DNA of 64,000 nt from the human T2T-CHM13v2.0 reference genome, Homo sapiens. This document shows positions 37,661 through 52,990 of this stretch, one piece after another. The translations under genes and the position numbers were made by a program. Each line of letters opens with the position of its first letter. Position 1 is the first letter of the stretch. The stretch lies in assembly GCF_009914755.1 (NCBI RefSeq), contig NC_060947.1; one strand, given 5' to 3'. The notes below the pieces were generated by a model. It was not told where the DNA came from, did no database searches, and was given only the letters and a program-made list of their open reading frames with translations.

Positions 37661-39409
37661 TGTGGGTTATATGTTCAAGAATTTCACCCTTTAGCTATTT
37701 TTCACAAAATTGACTGTCATGCCACGGTAATAGTTAGCCTTACTTCTCTGTGGTTTCTGGCCTGTTTCTTGAAACTTCAGAAGGAAAAAAAAAGAAAAAA
37801 ACTATAGAATACTATATATTTCCTCTGATGAGAAAAAATATATATATTTCAATGCACAGCAAAAGATCAGGAAAGATACACCACAAACTGGCAAGAGCTA
37901 TTACCTTCCGATAGAGGGTTAGGGGGCTAAGGATGAAATTGAGGAGGATAAATGCCTTAAGGGCACTCTGGCCTCATTTGTAATACTTCCATTTTTAATA
38001 GAGATTTTTTAATAATTAAAATTTAATTTAAAATAAAAATATCTCTCTCTGAGATGAGAGCCGGTGATAAAAGAAAGTTTAAGCCTTATTCTGAGTTATT
38101 CTTACATAGAATGCTCATACGTTTTACATAACAGTTATTTGCCATTTAATACCAAGATAATCTTCATACTTTTCAGAAGTTTTGGAGAGTTCTGAAATTA
38201 ACACTATGGGAATACTAATTTGAAAAAATGGGCATTTATTTGAAATTAATACCTGTGTCTGACTACTGACCAAGAGTAAAGACAATTTTCCTCACTTGTA
38301 AGCATGGTTTTCTTTTGTAAAAAATTAGTTACAAAAAAAGAAAATGTCACTTTCAACTATACAAAATAAATTATACTGCCCAGTAATTTAAAAATTGTTT
38401 TCTAAGTTAGTACAGTCTTGGATTTTTTTTAAAAAATAAATTTACTTTAATAGGCTCTGACAAGAGTATAATGTTTGACTGTACAAAGCTGTGGCTGAAA
38501 CTTGTAGTTAGTATCACCAGCTAGCTTCACGATTCCCATACGATTCCTGTATATGCAACTGTAAAAAAATACAAAACTCAGCAGCAAGGAATTTCCCATT
38601 TGTCCCATTTTAATTGAAGTTAAAAAGAATATGGGAATCCATGTAAATAGTTTCTGAGTAATGTGAAGTACTAAGTCTAATGAGATATTTTTCCTGCTTA
38701 AGTTTCAATTATTAAACTGCCACTTCAATTACTTGTTTACAAACTCGAGAAACATTCACTAAAGCAACTTAATATCTTTACAGTATATTATTCAGATAAT
38801 TGCGTATATCTGGAGTATAATCTAATTCTTTGATGTTATTAACCCCAAACAACAGACATTTAAATCAATATAACTCTAATTGAGTATATTATATCCAACG
38901 AGTCAGATTTTACTGAAAGAGAGCATACCAACATGTACTGAATTTCAACTTTGCCCTGGTGACATCAAATTGCACTACAGATAAACTAAGAGTTGTCAAA
39001 ATTTTTGGCTGGTAGCCCCCCTTCTACATATGCTTTACAAAAGCAATTTTGGTTCCTATCAAGGTACAAATCAGCAGTTGTAATTTTCTTAATCATAGCT
39101 GCAAAACAGTATGACCCACTAATAGCCGAACTTTTGACAGCACTATTCAAGATGATTTATGAGTTTGTATATAATTTGATTATTCTATTAATTCTTCTGA
39201 TTACTGCTTCAGCTAATAAAGTGAAGGTCACTTCCAAAATAAATCTTCATTTCACAGAAAGTAACTGCATCCAACTAGTTTTCTTTAATTAAAAACTAAT
39301 CTGTATAACAAGAAAGAAGACAGGCTTCAGGGTTAGGGAACCTGTTAAGAGAGAAATATACTGTGTGGACACAATGAAAGTGTCTCTTTATTCAGTATCT
39401 TTATTGTCA

Positions 39410-39775
<366 letters not shown>

Positions 39776-40827
39776 TTATAATAACTGAACTGTATTAATG
39801 CTTTAGAAACTGAAAACATAAAAGAATCTTTGAAAATAGCTTCCAAATTCATAAGTGCAATATGTAAGGCAATGTTTTCATTTCTAAAATTATGCATGTG
39901 GGATTCTATATATGAAAAATGAACAGTAGGTCTTTGCCTTAACCGGAGTTTTTCCTAAAGGTGACAAGAGGCCATTTCTGCCCCTTAAGATAAACACTGG
40001 GCACAAGGCCATGACAGGCTGGAGGGAGATCAGAGAAAAAATGTCAAGGGACATTGATATATTATTATTATTTAATCTATTTTTACACACAGAACATTCT
40101 GTGTCCTGAATTTAATGCTTCATTTTATTATGTTTTTTAAAGTTCCCCAGCCCTTCAGCTAAGGTTCTATCATCAAAGCTGTTGAGTCATACAACTATAT
40201 AAAAGCAATAAAGCAAATTAAATATGATGCATATTTTCCAAAAGAAGTAAAAAGTCTCAAACTCAGAAAATCATATACCAAAAGACAGAAAGCTTGAACG
40301 TAAGAAATTAGGGAAGCACAGTGATACATCAAAAAAGCAAGCAGCAATGATGTGTATGCTCACCAATGGCCTCCATTGGTATTGTCACAAACACACTCCT
40401 GATTAACTCCCTCACTCAACCTTTCCGCATATCAAAAGATCCTCTGACACTCACAGTTCCTTCTGACTAGAGAGCTCTTCCCTCAAATATTCAAAAACTC
40501 ATCCATTCCCATCATATTCTGGTATCATTACACACTCAAATGCCACCCTCCTTAGTGGCCTTCATTGACCATTATGCCCTCTAAAGAGGAATTCCTCCCT
40601 GTTCCTGCCAACTGTCACTCCCTGGCCTGTCTATTACCCTATTTGCTTTTTTTCTTTTCTTCACAGCACATTCATTCTCTCAAATTGTATTTGTCTACTG
40701 TCTCTCTGGGAAGAGCCTTCAACATCTTCCACAACCAGAGAGTTTCTGTTTTCAGCAGTGTATTCCAAATGTCTACAAAAGAGCTGGGATCAATACATTC
40801 AGTATATATTTACTAAATGAATCCTAA

Positions 40828-41370
<543 letters not shown>

Positions 41371-44269
41371 CTAACATGCCTTAAAGTGTGTCTGTGTATG
41401 CATACATAGACAAAACTCATATGGCTATCAAAGAATGTTAGAAATTCACTAAGGTACTGGTAGTAACAGACACATGAACCACTCCTACTCTCACGAGGTC
41501 CCTCTTGTGACCAAGAGTACGTACTTGCAAGACAGGTTTAGGGCCTCAATCTTTGGACAGGGAAGCAGTCTGTTTTCAAAGAGGACATAGTCAATGGGTA
41601 GAAGAAAATTAGATCAAAACTAGTACAAGTCCCCACGGTCAAAGTTCCTATTTAAATTTCTTTTACAGTTTTGTTTTTAAAAAACCTCTGACGTAGAAAA
41701 GGCTGATTTTATTGAAATGTCTAGTTTCTAATTTAACATCATAACTGGCACGCTTTAGTCTTGCAAAAAGTAGCATATAAACATATATACTGTTTTCTAT
41801 TCCTACATTCTAGGGAAAAATGCCTCAACTTTGATGGATGGGCCTCTGAAATCCACTCTCTTATTCCCAGTCCTCACAGAAACTTTGTGATAATACTATT
41901 TTTAAAAAACACACAAAGAGACAGAGAGACGCTTTCCCATAACTTAATTTCTCCAACTTATGGATTCAAGTTTATTATGTCTTGTAACCTTCCCCTCATG
42001 AGAAATTCAAGTCTTTATCGAGTTATTTGTAGGAGGATCAGAATTTCTTCCTTTGCCAATAAATCATGTAAATATTAAAAAGGCAAAACATATTTGCAAC
42101 ACTGGAAGCCACAGAAGAGCGAAAAAAGCCTGAGAATTTTCAAACTTTAACAACAAACATGTTTACAAAATGATACCATATTGAGCAATATGAAAGAGCT
42201 CTTTTTAGTTTTCAAGTATTCTAGTAGTATTGACACTGCATAAATTAAGGCGGGGATACTAAGTAACAGGATGGTCAAAGTAAAGACAAGCCTATACAAG
42301 CCATTTTTAAAACAAACCAAAATGAATCAAGGTAATTCTGATAAAAATAATTATTAATTTAAATTTTATGTTCTTAATACCTTCTTTCCTATCCAAATTC
42401 CTAATCATAGGCATGCATTATTTTCATAAGACAAAAATACTTTATTTCAGGGGAAAAAACGGTCAACTTGCTATGAGGCACAACCAAAAACAGAACAGCA
42501 GTAAGTTAGGGAAAAAAAATAGCAAAAAAATAAACAGAACGCTATCCTTACCTAATATATGCACTGCCAAAAATAGACCAGTTCGATTTGCTTTATGGAA
42601 CTAAAAATGCGTAAAAATCCAGACCCACAAAGAGATATAGTTCACATATCTTAGATACTATTTTTTCATCCAAACAAGAAATCTAAAATTGTGTTTTCTT
42701 TTTTCCTTAAAACATAAGGAAACACACATATCAGTTGTCAATAAGCCAAATTCCACCTAACAAGATCAATAAAAGCTATCACTCCTAGATGATTTACGGA
42801 TCTACTATGAATTTCATGCTTCGTTTTATAATATAGTGGTCTTAACCTTGATGGTCTGAGAGGCAGTATTGTACCCCAATCCCATAGGAGAAAAAAATGG
42901 TGTCACAGTGGGACCCATGCAGAGACTACAGCCTCTCATCTATGCCAAAGCCTGTAAAAACTCTAGGTACATCCCTGGGAATGAGTCACATGTGAAAACG
43001 CATCCACCATGTATGCTGACATATAAATGGGTTTAAAGAACTAATGATTATTTAAGTATTCAATTCTTAGCAGAACAAGAGGGCATCCTGCCAGAGAGGA
43101 CCTCAAAGTACCTTGCACTATGCTTTTGTGCTTTGCTGCTTTCAGTGTCCTCATTTTTACTAGCTTGATTTCTGATAGTATCTTTTCCTCATGCCATTTC
43201 AACATACAAACAATATGCTCCAAACTGACATTAAGGAATTAAACTCAATTTAATCTGGCAAACTTAGCTTTGTATCACTATAGAAAATATCCCTACTTAT
43301 GGAGATATGTCACCCATAGCTCCTTTGATATCTTCCAGGGGTAGCAAACTGCACAGAAGCTCTAATTTAATCTGCAAGGTTGACAGATTCGTATTTCTTA
43401 ACCTCACTATATAAGGGTACTTCTAAAACCTTTCCGAATGCAATAGGCCAATTTTATTAGTACATTTCTAGTATTAAGACTATCTCTCTAAAGAATGGCT
43501 AAAGTGAACAGCAGAAATATTTGGTTTGTTCAATTGGCTGTGAATATTAACAAGCATCAATGTGTTTATTAGGGCCTTAAAATACCATTTCCAAAGTTTA
43601 CATGTCCAAGGAAAATTATTTTCTACCCCAGTAACTATTCAGAAATAAAGCAATATTTCTTTTCTCATATAAATTGTGATATTATTAAATCTCTATTATA
43701 AAACAGAAACTGCACTGGACATGAGTAGTGCAGTCTCATCGTGGCTAGAATACTGAACATATAAAAACATATGACAAAACACTTCTGAGTCGCACTTGAT
43801 TTATCTGTACAATACAGTGATTGCCTTAGTTTGCAGACCTTAAAGAGCCCATTTCAAACATTAAAACTTTCATGTCCTAATTGGACATTAAACAGCACTT
43901 TTTATTTCTCCTTTTGGAGCACAAAGAAAACTAATGCTTGTTTTCGTCTGTATATTCTAGGAAAGAAGTACATCATAGCATACACTACTGCCCCACCACA
44001 ATGCATGGAAAGAGTGAGGCCTAACCTCACAAAAAAAGACAAGCAAGAAAGTTAATTCAGTGAGGGACAAGCAGGTGCTACACAAGATATGTGACAGTAG
44101 CAGCTCTGCTCTTGGTACATTTACACTTGTTATAGGATCACTACAGCCTGGCAGTTAAGTGTTGATTATGAAAACATCATGGAAGGTAGAAACACTCCAA
44201 TCAGAAGTCTGTCTCTCAATTTGTTAGGCATTTGAGACCAGCCTACTATACCTAAGAACCTAAACTCAA

Positions 44270-44459
44270 AGCCAGGCACAGTGGTGTGCTTGTAGTCCCA
44301 GTTACTTGGGAGGCTAAGGCAGGAGGATCCCTTGAGCTCAGGAGTTTGAGGCTGCAGTGCACCAAGATCGCACCTCTGAAGAGCCATTGCACTCCAGCAT
44401 GGGATTTAGTGAGACTCTGTCTCAAAAAATAAAATAAAATAAATAAATAAGAAAAAAAA
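44270..44459 (+). mobile_element. FAM-like fossil Alu monomer
   Basis: Single monomer retaining the 7SL-like segment gatcgcacctctgaagagccattgcactccagc, with A-rich tail. Confidence 0.75.
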
Positions 44460-44504
44460 TCTGAATTCATATATTCACAACTTAACACAGTTTGGAAATT
44501 ATTT

Positions 44505-44725
44505 TAACTAACAATGGCTCATATAGTGCTGATCATGTGCCAGATATTATTCTAAGAGCTTTGCAAATATCAATTTCCTAATCCTCATAATAACCCCATG
44601 ATATAGGTACTATTCCTTTTTTATAAAGGAAGAAATTGTAAAACAGAGAGGTTAAACAGTAGGATTCTAACTCAGAAAGTCTGGCTTCAAAGTCTGTGCT
44701 CTTGACCACCACACTATGCCTATAT
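44505..44725 (-). mobile_element. MIR SINE
   Basis: atgtgccagatattattctaagagcttt...aatcctcataataaccccatgatataggtactatt. Confidence 0.75.
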
Positions 44726-45186
44726 ACACTTTGCAGACTTTTATAATACAAGAAGTTAAAACACAAAGTTAGGATCAAAGCTAATTATTTGTTCAATAAA
44801 TGTGTGCTATTTAAAAGGGTTATTTTAGAGTTAATTTCTCCTTTAAATACACCTGAAGAATAAGATTCTATGCAGATAGGACCACAATTAAAGACTGTGG
44901 GGATCGAGAAGGAATATTTTACATTCTAATAGAGTGAAAAGAGATTTACTTAAGAAAAACAGCCACACAGAATCATTTTTCTTTTAAAAACTGCAGATGG
45001 AAAAGCAAAACATTTAATAGGGATGGCTGTTTACAAACACGTGTGTATCTGCATGGCAAAATTTAATTTCTATGAAATAAATGAAGGATGCATATTATAA
45101 AATATAGGTTTATTAAATTCAAGTGTTGTCACTCAGTACATGAATTCAAGATTGCAGGAGTCATTTACAAAATGGTTGAAATTAGC

Positions 45187-45483
45187 TTTTTTTTTTTTTT
45201 TCTTTGAGACGGAGTCTCGCTCTGTTGCCCAGGCTGGAGTGCAGTAGCGCAATCTCGGCTCACTGCAACCTCCGCCTCCTGGGTTCACGCCATTCTCCTG
45301 CCTCAGCCTCCTGAGTAGCTGGGACTACAAAGGCCTGCCACTACACCAGTTTAATTTTTTGTATTTTTAGTAGAGACAGGGTTTCACTGTGTTACGCAGG
45401 ATGGTCTCGATCTCCTGACCTTGTGATCTGCCCACCTTGGCCTCCCAAAGTGCTGGAATTACAGGCATGAGCCACTGCGCTCA

Positions 45484-45487
<4 letters not shown>
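45187..45487 (-). mobile_element. Alu (AluSc/AluY-like) abutting an L1 tail
   Basis: Full dimer; its 5' end adjoins the T-tract of the following L1. Confidence 0.93.
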
Positions 45488-45515
<28 letters not shown>

Positions 45516-46013
45516 GGGCACATGTGCACAATGTGCAGGTTTGTTACATATGTATACATGTGCCATGGTGGTGTGCTGCATCCATCAACACATCGTTTAC
45601 ATTAGGTATTTCTCCTAATGTTATCCCTCCCCCCTCCCCCCACCCCATGACAGGTCCTGGTGTGATGTTCCCCATCCTGTGTCCATCCTGTGTCCAAGTG
45701 TTCTCATTGCTCAATTCCCACCTATGAGTGAGAACATGTGGTGTTTGGTTTTCTGTCCTTGCGATAGTTTGCTCAGAATGATGGTTTCCAGCTTCACTGA
45801 TGTCCCTACAAAGGACATGAACTCATCCTTTTTTATGGCTGCATAGTATTCCACGGTGTATATGTGCCACATTTCCTTAATCCAGTCTATCACTGATGGA
45901 CATTTGGGTTGGTTCCAAGTTTTGCTATTGTGAATAGTGCCACAATAAACATATGTGTCCATGTGTCTTTATAGCAGCATGATTTATAATCCTTTGGGTA
46001 TATACCCAGTAAT
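45488..46013 (-). mobile_element. L1PA 3' end (L1PA4-7-like), 5'-truncated
   Basis: catgtgcacaatgtgcaggtttgttacata 3'UTR; ORF2 tail WNQPKCPSVIDWIKEMWHIYTVEYYAAIKKDEFMSF. Confidence 0.92.
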
Positions 46014-46194
46014 GTTTGGTTTCTTGAGTAGGTATAATAAGAAGGTAATATACCTTCTTGTTCATGGTATTCATTTGATCATCAAACTGTTTACATACAG
46101 AGTAGGAGGTAAAAACATTAAAATTGTTATGAATGTTTTGTTATAAATTCTAATTTGGTGAGATTAAAATCAGAGAAGTTTTACCAAATAAAAC

Positions 46195-46603
46195 TGTCTT
46201 AGTCTGTTTGCACTGATATAAAGGAATACCTCAGGCTGAGTAATTTATAAAGCAGTTTATTTGGCTCCCAGTTCCACAGGCTGTTCAAGAAACATGGTGC
46301 CAGCATCTGCTTCTGGTGAGAGCTTCAGGAAGTTTCCAATAATGGTGGAAGGCAAAGAGGGAGTAGATGTGTCACACAGTAAAAGAGGACGAAGCAAGGG
46401 AGGGAGGAGAGGAGGCCAGGTTCTTTAACACTTTCCATGTGAAATAGAGTGAGAACTCACTTACGACCTCAAGGATCGCACCAAGCCATTCATAAGGAAT
46501 CCACCCCCATGTCCCTAACACTTCCCACTAGGTCCCAACTCCAACACTGGGGGATCAAATTTCAACATGAGATTTGGAGGAGATAAATATCTAAACCATG
46601 TCA
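46195..46603 (-). mobile_element. MSTB-like solo LTR
   Basis: tgtcttagtctgttt...catggtgccagcatctgcttctggtgag...ttcaacatgagatttggagg...tca. Confidence 0.85.
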
Positions 46604-46604
46604 A

Positions 46605-46946
46605 CAGCCATCCATCGCTTAACAACAGGTCTGAGAAATGCACCATTAGGCAATTTCATTGTTGTGTGACCATCATAGAGTGTACTTAACAAACCTAGCT
46701 GACATGACCTATGACATGCCTAGGCTATATGCTATATAGCCTATTGTTCCTAGGCTACAAACCTGTGCAATGTGTGACTGTACTGAATACCATAGACAAA
46801 CGTAACACAATGGTATTTGTGTATCTGAACATATCTCAACAACATAGAAAAGGTACAGTCAAAATACAGTAATAGAATCTTATAGGAACACCATCATATA
46901 TGTGGTCTGTTGTTGACTGAAATGTCACTATGCAGCACATGACTGT
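46605..46946. mobile_element. Tigger3a/MER7A-type DNA transposon
   Basis: cagccatccatcgcttaac...ctaggctacaaacctgt...gcagcacatgactgta. Confidence 0.85.
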
Positions 46947-47589
46947 AAAAATATTTGTCAAAACTTTCATACTATTTTATTATATTAAGCAAGCGTGAAT
47001 CTACTGCCTAATTTGGAGGGAGGGCAGAGGATGGAGCATGAAGAGATCCAGAAATAAAAACGAGGAAGAGTAAAAGCTACATTAATTATTTCAGTCCTAA
47101 CAGAGTTCTTTTTACAAATTATTTCTCTAGTACATGAAAGGAAAAGTTTCTGTCCCATAATATTTAATTTCTTTTTATGGTAATTGCTAATTAAATTTTA
47201 AAAAGTCAATTTACTAAGCACCTACTATGTGCCTACCAAAGTTCTAGGCAATTAACTGTGTATGAGTAAAACACAGAATTTGATAAGAAAAAATTATGGA
47301 GTACCCATTTTGTAGAAGGCAATATGCTCAGAACTATGGGAGAGATGAAGATGACTTTTATAAAGCAAATACATCTATCAACAGACATAAATTATTAGCT
47401 AATTTAATTACATAATTAAATGTTAATACCAAATCTAGTTTGTATAAACTGAATCATCTATAATATATAAATTAATCTTTCAGTAATCACCAAAACATTC
47501 ATTCTAAACATCAAGACCGCAAAGTCATGCAACTTTTATGTAATAATACTCTGCATTAGTGTGGGATAAAATTCAACACTCTTTTCTTT

Positions 47590-47770
47590 ACATTATCACA
47601 TACAAGTCTCAAAGTAGCCAAAGGTAGGAGGTAAGACTAGATTATGGCCTTTTCCATAATACAGGTAAGACAACTGAGGCTTTGGGAATTTAAATGACAT
47701 GTTCAAGTCCACCTAAATAACAACATGACAAAGTTAGAATCAAAACCCATTTCTGAGATTGATACTTCTG
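47590..47770 (-). mobile_element. MIR SINE fragment
   Basis: tacaggtaagacaactgaggctttgggaatttaaatgacatgttcaagtc core. Confidence 0.6.
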
Positions 47771-48193
47771 TAGCACATGGAAAACCTTACAAAGTTCATA
47801 AGATGTAACAAAGATTTTATAAAAAGACTCAGTTTTTGAGTATTCCCTTCCAAAGTAGAAGGTAAACTGATGAAGAATCAGAAATAAATAGCTTTGCTAC
47901 AATTTATACCAATCACATTAATTGGATTATTTTAATCTAGAACAAAAACAAATTTACACTGGGGAATAGTAGAGAACACACGGAAACCCAGCAAGTAAAG
48001 CCTTAGATCTGGCTGCCTTTGTTTTGTTTGTTTTTGTTTTGTGTTATACTTTTTATTGAATGGCAATCTTAAATTTAGCTAGCAAATAAACACATTTCAC
48101 ATACTATTTCTATCACAACTGGGTAACAGTATACTGGTTCCAGAGATGGGTCAAGAATTATCTTGAACAATCTTTAAAAAATTAGTCTGTGCA

Positions 48194-48536
<343 letters not shown>

Positions 48537-48763
48537 TCAGCTCCAAACACTTGCCTTAATTCAAATATCAGCCTTGCCCTATTATGAGTCAACCACCTTT
48601 TATTCTCATACAAACTATTAAAATTATTTTAAGAGCTGGAATAGTATACATATATAACATACAGAGAAAACTGGACTGGGTAAGTTTTGTATCTACCTAT
48701 GAGGGTAATCTAGTATCTAAGTTAGTTAGCACTGAAGGGGGCTATTATTAAAATGGAAAATCA

Positions 48764-49066
48764 GGCTGGGCATGGTGGCTCACGTCTCAAGCCTGTAATC
48801 CCACCACTTTGGGAGGCTGAGGTGGGCAGACCACTTGAGGTCAGGAGTGCGAGACCAGCCTGGGCAACATGGTGAAACCCCACCTCCACTAAAAATACAA
48901 AAATTAGCATGGTGTGGTAGTGCACACCTGTAATCCCAGCTACTCAGGAAGCTGAGGCAGGAGAATCAGTTGAATCCCTGAGGCAGAGGTTGCAGTGAGT
49001 CGAGATCCTGCCACTGCACTGCAGCCTGGGAAACAGAGCAAGACTGTCTCAAAAAAAAAAAAAAAA
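48764..49066 (+). mobile_element. Alu (AluS/J-type)
   Basis: Full dimer with A tail. Confidence 0.93.
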
Positions 49067-49738
49067 GGAAATTAAACTGTATCCACACCATAGGAAAGGT
49101 TTAAAAAAGAAGGAAATCAAACTCTATAATCTATATAGCCAATGTAATTCCAATATACTCATGAGAGTCACAATAATTCCTCCACAAAATATACTTAAAT
49201 GTAAGTTTTAAAAGAGGTTATTCCCAAATGGGAAATATTTTTCTGTCAAAACGTAAGGAATAATGCAGGCAAGGACACAAAAGCATTCCATTGCTTTATT
49301 AACGACAATGTTCACTGATCTGTGAATAACCTGGAAAAAAATGAAGATTATTGAGTTACTTTACCAATATATCCATCCATCACCAGAGAACAGGTTTCAA
49401 AATGATGGATTATCTCACCACCCCCTTCTGTTTATCCCAAGAAACACTCTTTCCTCAAGGGAAAAACAAATAATTGATCATACAAACATAATCATGTATC
49501 ATCTCCATGCTAATATAAACTATCAACTAGAGAGGAAATTGTCTTTAAAATCATATACAAATTATTCTGAAAATAAAGTATGTTGCTGTGCTTATTTTAT
49601 CCTCCAAAATTCCATAGTTTATAAGAATTCTATTCAAACAGCAACCTTCAAACTTTTGGGATAGAAGCTTTTTGTCAATCTACTGCACACTACTCTTCTA
49701 ATTTAGTAAAGACAGTTCTCAATTGAGATAGTATATCT

Positions 49739-49930
49739 CAGTGGTTCCTAATCTTTTTTTTTTTTTTTTGGTGGTGGGGTTGCAGGGGGCAGTCACACAC
49801 TCCTCTGAGACACTAATAGAGACACTATGAACTTCCTTCCTAGAAAAATGTAGCTATGCACATTATACGCACAATATTTGGCATGCAATTTCAGGGTATT
49901 TACCCCCTAAATTCCTGAAACCCAAGTAAC
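49739..49930. mobile_element. MER103-like hAT fossil
   Basis: cagtggttcctaatcttttt...ctatgaacttccttcctagaaaaatg...gcatgcaatttcaggg; a similar copy at ~53610-53740. Confidence 0.55.
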
Positions 49931-50113
49931 TGATTACAAACATTGCATATCAGTTTAAGGCCTCCTGAATTTAAAGACCTCCTCTTAATCTAGCCAGCCT
50001 TCCGTTGCTATTTTAAGCTGATATATGTGTGTGTGTGTGTGTTTTTAATGATGGCTGTAAGTCTGCTTATTCTATAGTTGAAGATGCCCAAATACAAAAA
50101 ATATTGAGATTAT

Positions 50114-50462
50114 AACCATGCGCCACATAACAATATTTCAGAGAATAATGGACCACATATATGAGGAAAGTCCCATAAGATTCTAATACTGTATTTTTAC
50201 TGTACCTTTCCTATGCTTACGTATGTTTAGATACACAAATACTTATCATTATGTTACACAATTGCCTACAGTATTCAGTGCAGTCACACGCTGTACAGGT
50301 TTGTAGCCAAGAAGCAATAGGCTATATCATACAGTCTAGGCATATAGTAGGTTGTATCATCTAGGTTTGTGTAAGAACACTTTATGATGTTTGCACAACT
50401 ATGGAATCACCTAATGATGCATTTCTCAGAATGTATCCCTGTTGTTAAGTGATGCACAAAGC
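50114..50462. mobile_element. Tigger3a/MER7A-type element, opposite orientation to 46605-46946
   Basis: catgcgccacataac...tgtatttttactgtacctt...acaggtttgtagcc...gcatttctcagaatgtatccctgttgttaagtgatgc. Confidence 0.85.
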
Positions 50463-51153
50463 TATATACTTTTTTAAATGTGTGGACTAAAAAATGTAGA
50501 AGAAAATACACCAAAATATTCAGTGTGCTATTGTTAACAGGTGATGGGATTTCAGTTAATTCTTGTAACAAAAAATAATACTTATGTTATTTTCTAAAAT
50601 TTCTAGATATGAGATATTTCTTCCATATCAAAGACATAATTTTAATGCTTACACCAACAAGGAAAGTGATTAAATTATGGCATATACATCCTCATACCAG
50701 ACAATACAGCCATCTAAATTTCTTTAAAGTATGCATATATGTACTCATTTATACACAGTTACCTGTACAAGCATGTAAAATGTAGGAAGACATGCAACCA
50801 ACTTAACAATGATTAAGGGTGGAATATGAAGGTGTGGAATGGTGCTTCTATTTCTTTATAAAATTGAGGAGGATATGCGTATGTGCACATTATTCCCCCC
50901 ATATTCTTATTCTTTTTCTAACTACTAAGATATGGTATACAAGAATTTGCTCATCAATGGCTACTCAGTATCTCCTATATGCTTTGGCACCTTGCTAAAT
51001 AACCCTCACAAATTAGCCCATTGGTTCAAATGCCAACACATCTAAAACTGTCCTGTTCCTTAAATAGATTTTACTTTGTGCCAGACTACAGAATCAAAAC
51101 ATGAGTAATAAGATTCAAAGAAAGGACTGCAAGAAAATTTTATTCCTCCTGCC

Positions 51154-51532
51154 TCTATTAGTCCATTTTCACACTACTATAAAGAACTACCTGAGACTGG
51201 GTAATTTATGAAGGAGTTTTAACTGTCTCACAGTTCTTCAGGCTATACAGAGAGCATGGCTGGGAGGCCTCAGGAAACTTTACAACCATGGCAGAAGGTG
51301 ATGGGGAACAAGCACGTCTTACCATGACGAAGCAGGAAAGAGAGAGCAAAGGGGGAAGTGCTACACACTTTTAAACACTGTTGTAATGTCTTACAAACTC
51401 ACTCACTATCACAAGAACAGCAAGGGGGAAATCTGCCCTCATCCAATCACCTCCTACCAGGTCCCTCCCCCAACACTGGGAATTACAATTTGACATGAGA
51501 TTTGAGTGGGGACACAGAGCCAAACGACATCA
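51154..51532 (-). mobile_element. MSTA/THE1D-like solo LTR
   Basis: tattagtccattttcacac...gacacagagccaaacgacatca; 5-bp target duplication CTGCC at 51149-51153 and 51533-51537. Confidence 0.88.
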
Positions 51533-51648
51533 CTGCCTTTCAACATTGAACTAGTTTGAGGTTACTTGTTAAAGAGAAAGAAAATCATATATTTATCATA
51601 TTATTGTAAAGACTACAACAATTCAATATATACTGAGTTGGAGCAAAC

Positions 51649-51878
51649 CAGTATTTTTCAAGCGGTTATGGTTCTGCCTCTATAGGGCATTTGGCAATGT
51701 TTAGAGACATTTTTGTCTGTCACAAGTGGGTTGGGTGAAGGTAGTGGCATCTAGTGGGTAGAATCCAGGTATGTTGCTAACATTTTACAATGCACAAGAC
51801 AGCCCTTTCCCCAACACAGAGAAAATTATCCTGGCAAAAAAAAAAAATGTAAATAGTGCTGAGATTGAGAAACTCTGG
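51649..51878. mobile_element. MER20 DNA transposon
   Basis: gggcatttggcaatgtttagagacattttt...ggcatctagtgggtaga...aaatagtgctgagattgagaaactctg. Confidence 0.85.
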
Positions 51879-52469
51879 TCTAAACCATGAGTCTCTGAAA
51901 CAATTTAGTATCTCAAACATATACGCACCATGTTAAAGATAGGTATGAACAGACTACTGATGGTTATTGGCTTAGAGTGGAGCCCAATCTTGTTGCTCTT
52001 TTCTGAGAATGGATGGGTTAACAGTAATCTGAGATTCCTATAACTTCAGCAAAGTAGTCAGCCTACTTTGATTAGTTTCATGTCATAACTGTTTAGGCCC
52101 CTTCTGATCATGCATTCATACCTCTACTGAAAATTTTGGAACCCGATAAAATCCATTTTCTAATTCTCTAATTGGTCCATAAGTGCATACCATCTGTCTT
52201 TAACTAGATGCTTCTTGACATTGATATCAAGGTCTATGTCATATTCTTTTTCATATACTGTACATCCACTATACCTAGAAGAGTATTATGCAGAGAATAG
52301 ATGCTTTAAAAAGTTGTTGTTGAATTAAATGGAAAGAAATGAAAAAAATTACATTTACAATAAAGACACAGATGCTTCTTCAAAAGATTTTGGTCATTTT
52401 AACTAAACCCTTTCTTTCTTGTTCATTAGAATTAGGCCCAGAGAACAATTCTTGTGATTGCTTCTTCTA

Positions 52470-52627
52470 CAGCAGTGTTCCCTAGACCAGCAGCATGAGC
52501 AACACCTGGGAATTTGTTAAAATTTCACATTCTCATGCTCCACCCAGATCTACAAGTAAGAAATGCTGGAGATGGAACTCAGTAATGTTAATTTCTGACA
52601 CACCTGAAAGCTTGGAAAAACACTGCT
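52470..52627. mobile_element. MER5A-like fossil
   Basis: ccctagaccagcagcatgagcaacacctgggaatttgttaaaat...aaagcttggaaaaacactg. Confidence 0.7.
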
Positions 52628-52811
52628 CTATCGTTTCCTTAACATACAATTTCCTCAGTTATACATCATCTGCTATTCATTCATTAATCCATCAAATACT
52701 TAGTGCATGACTAATATACACTAGGCATTGCATTGAGACATTCCTGTATAATCTCTTAATACTGGGGTTTTTTAAAATTATCAATTTTTGGAAAAAAAGA
52801 CTATTCAACTG

Positions 52812-52990
52812 AAGTTGGAAAAACCTGCCACCTATTTTTAGAAATAAATTTTTTAGAATACAGCCATATCCATTTGTTAACATATTGTCTATGGCTACAA
52901 AAGGTTTCAATGGAGACCACGCGGCCTGCAATACCTAAACTATGTACTATAATATTTGTCTATTTACGAAAAAAAAAATCGCTGATTCCT
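52812..52990. mobile_element. MER58-like fossil
   Basis: cctgccacctatttttagaaataaattttttagaatacagccat...tattgtctatggctac...ggcctgcaatacctaaa. Confidence 0.7.

Noticed and set aside
46190-46610. MSTB inserted into the Tigger3a terminal repeat
   Set aside because: Putative duplication AAAAC vs ACAGC is too degenerate to distinguish from simple adjacency
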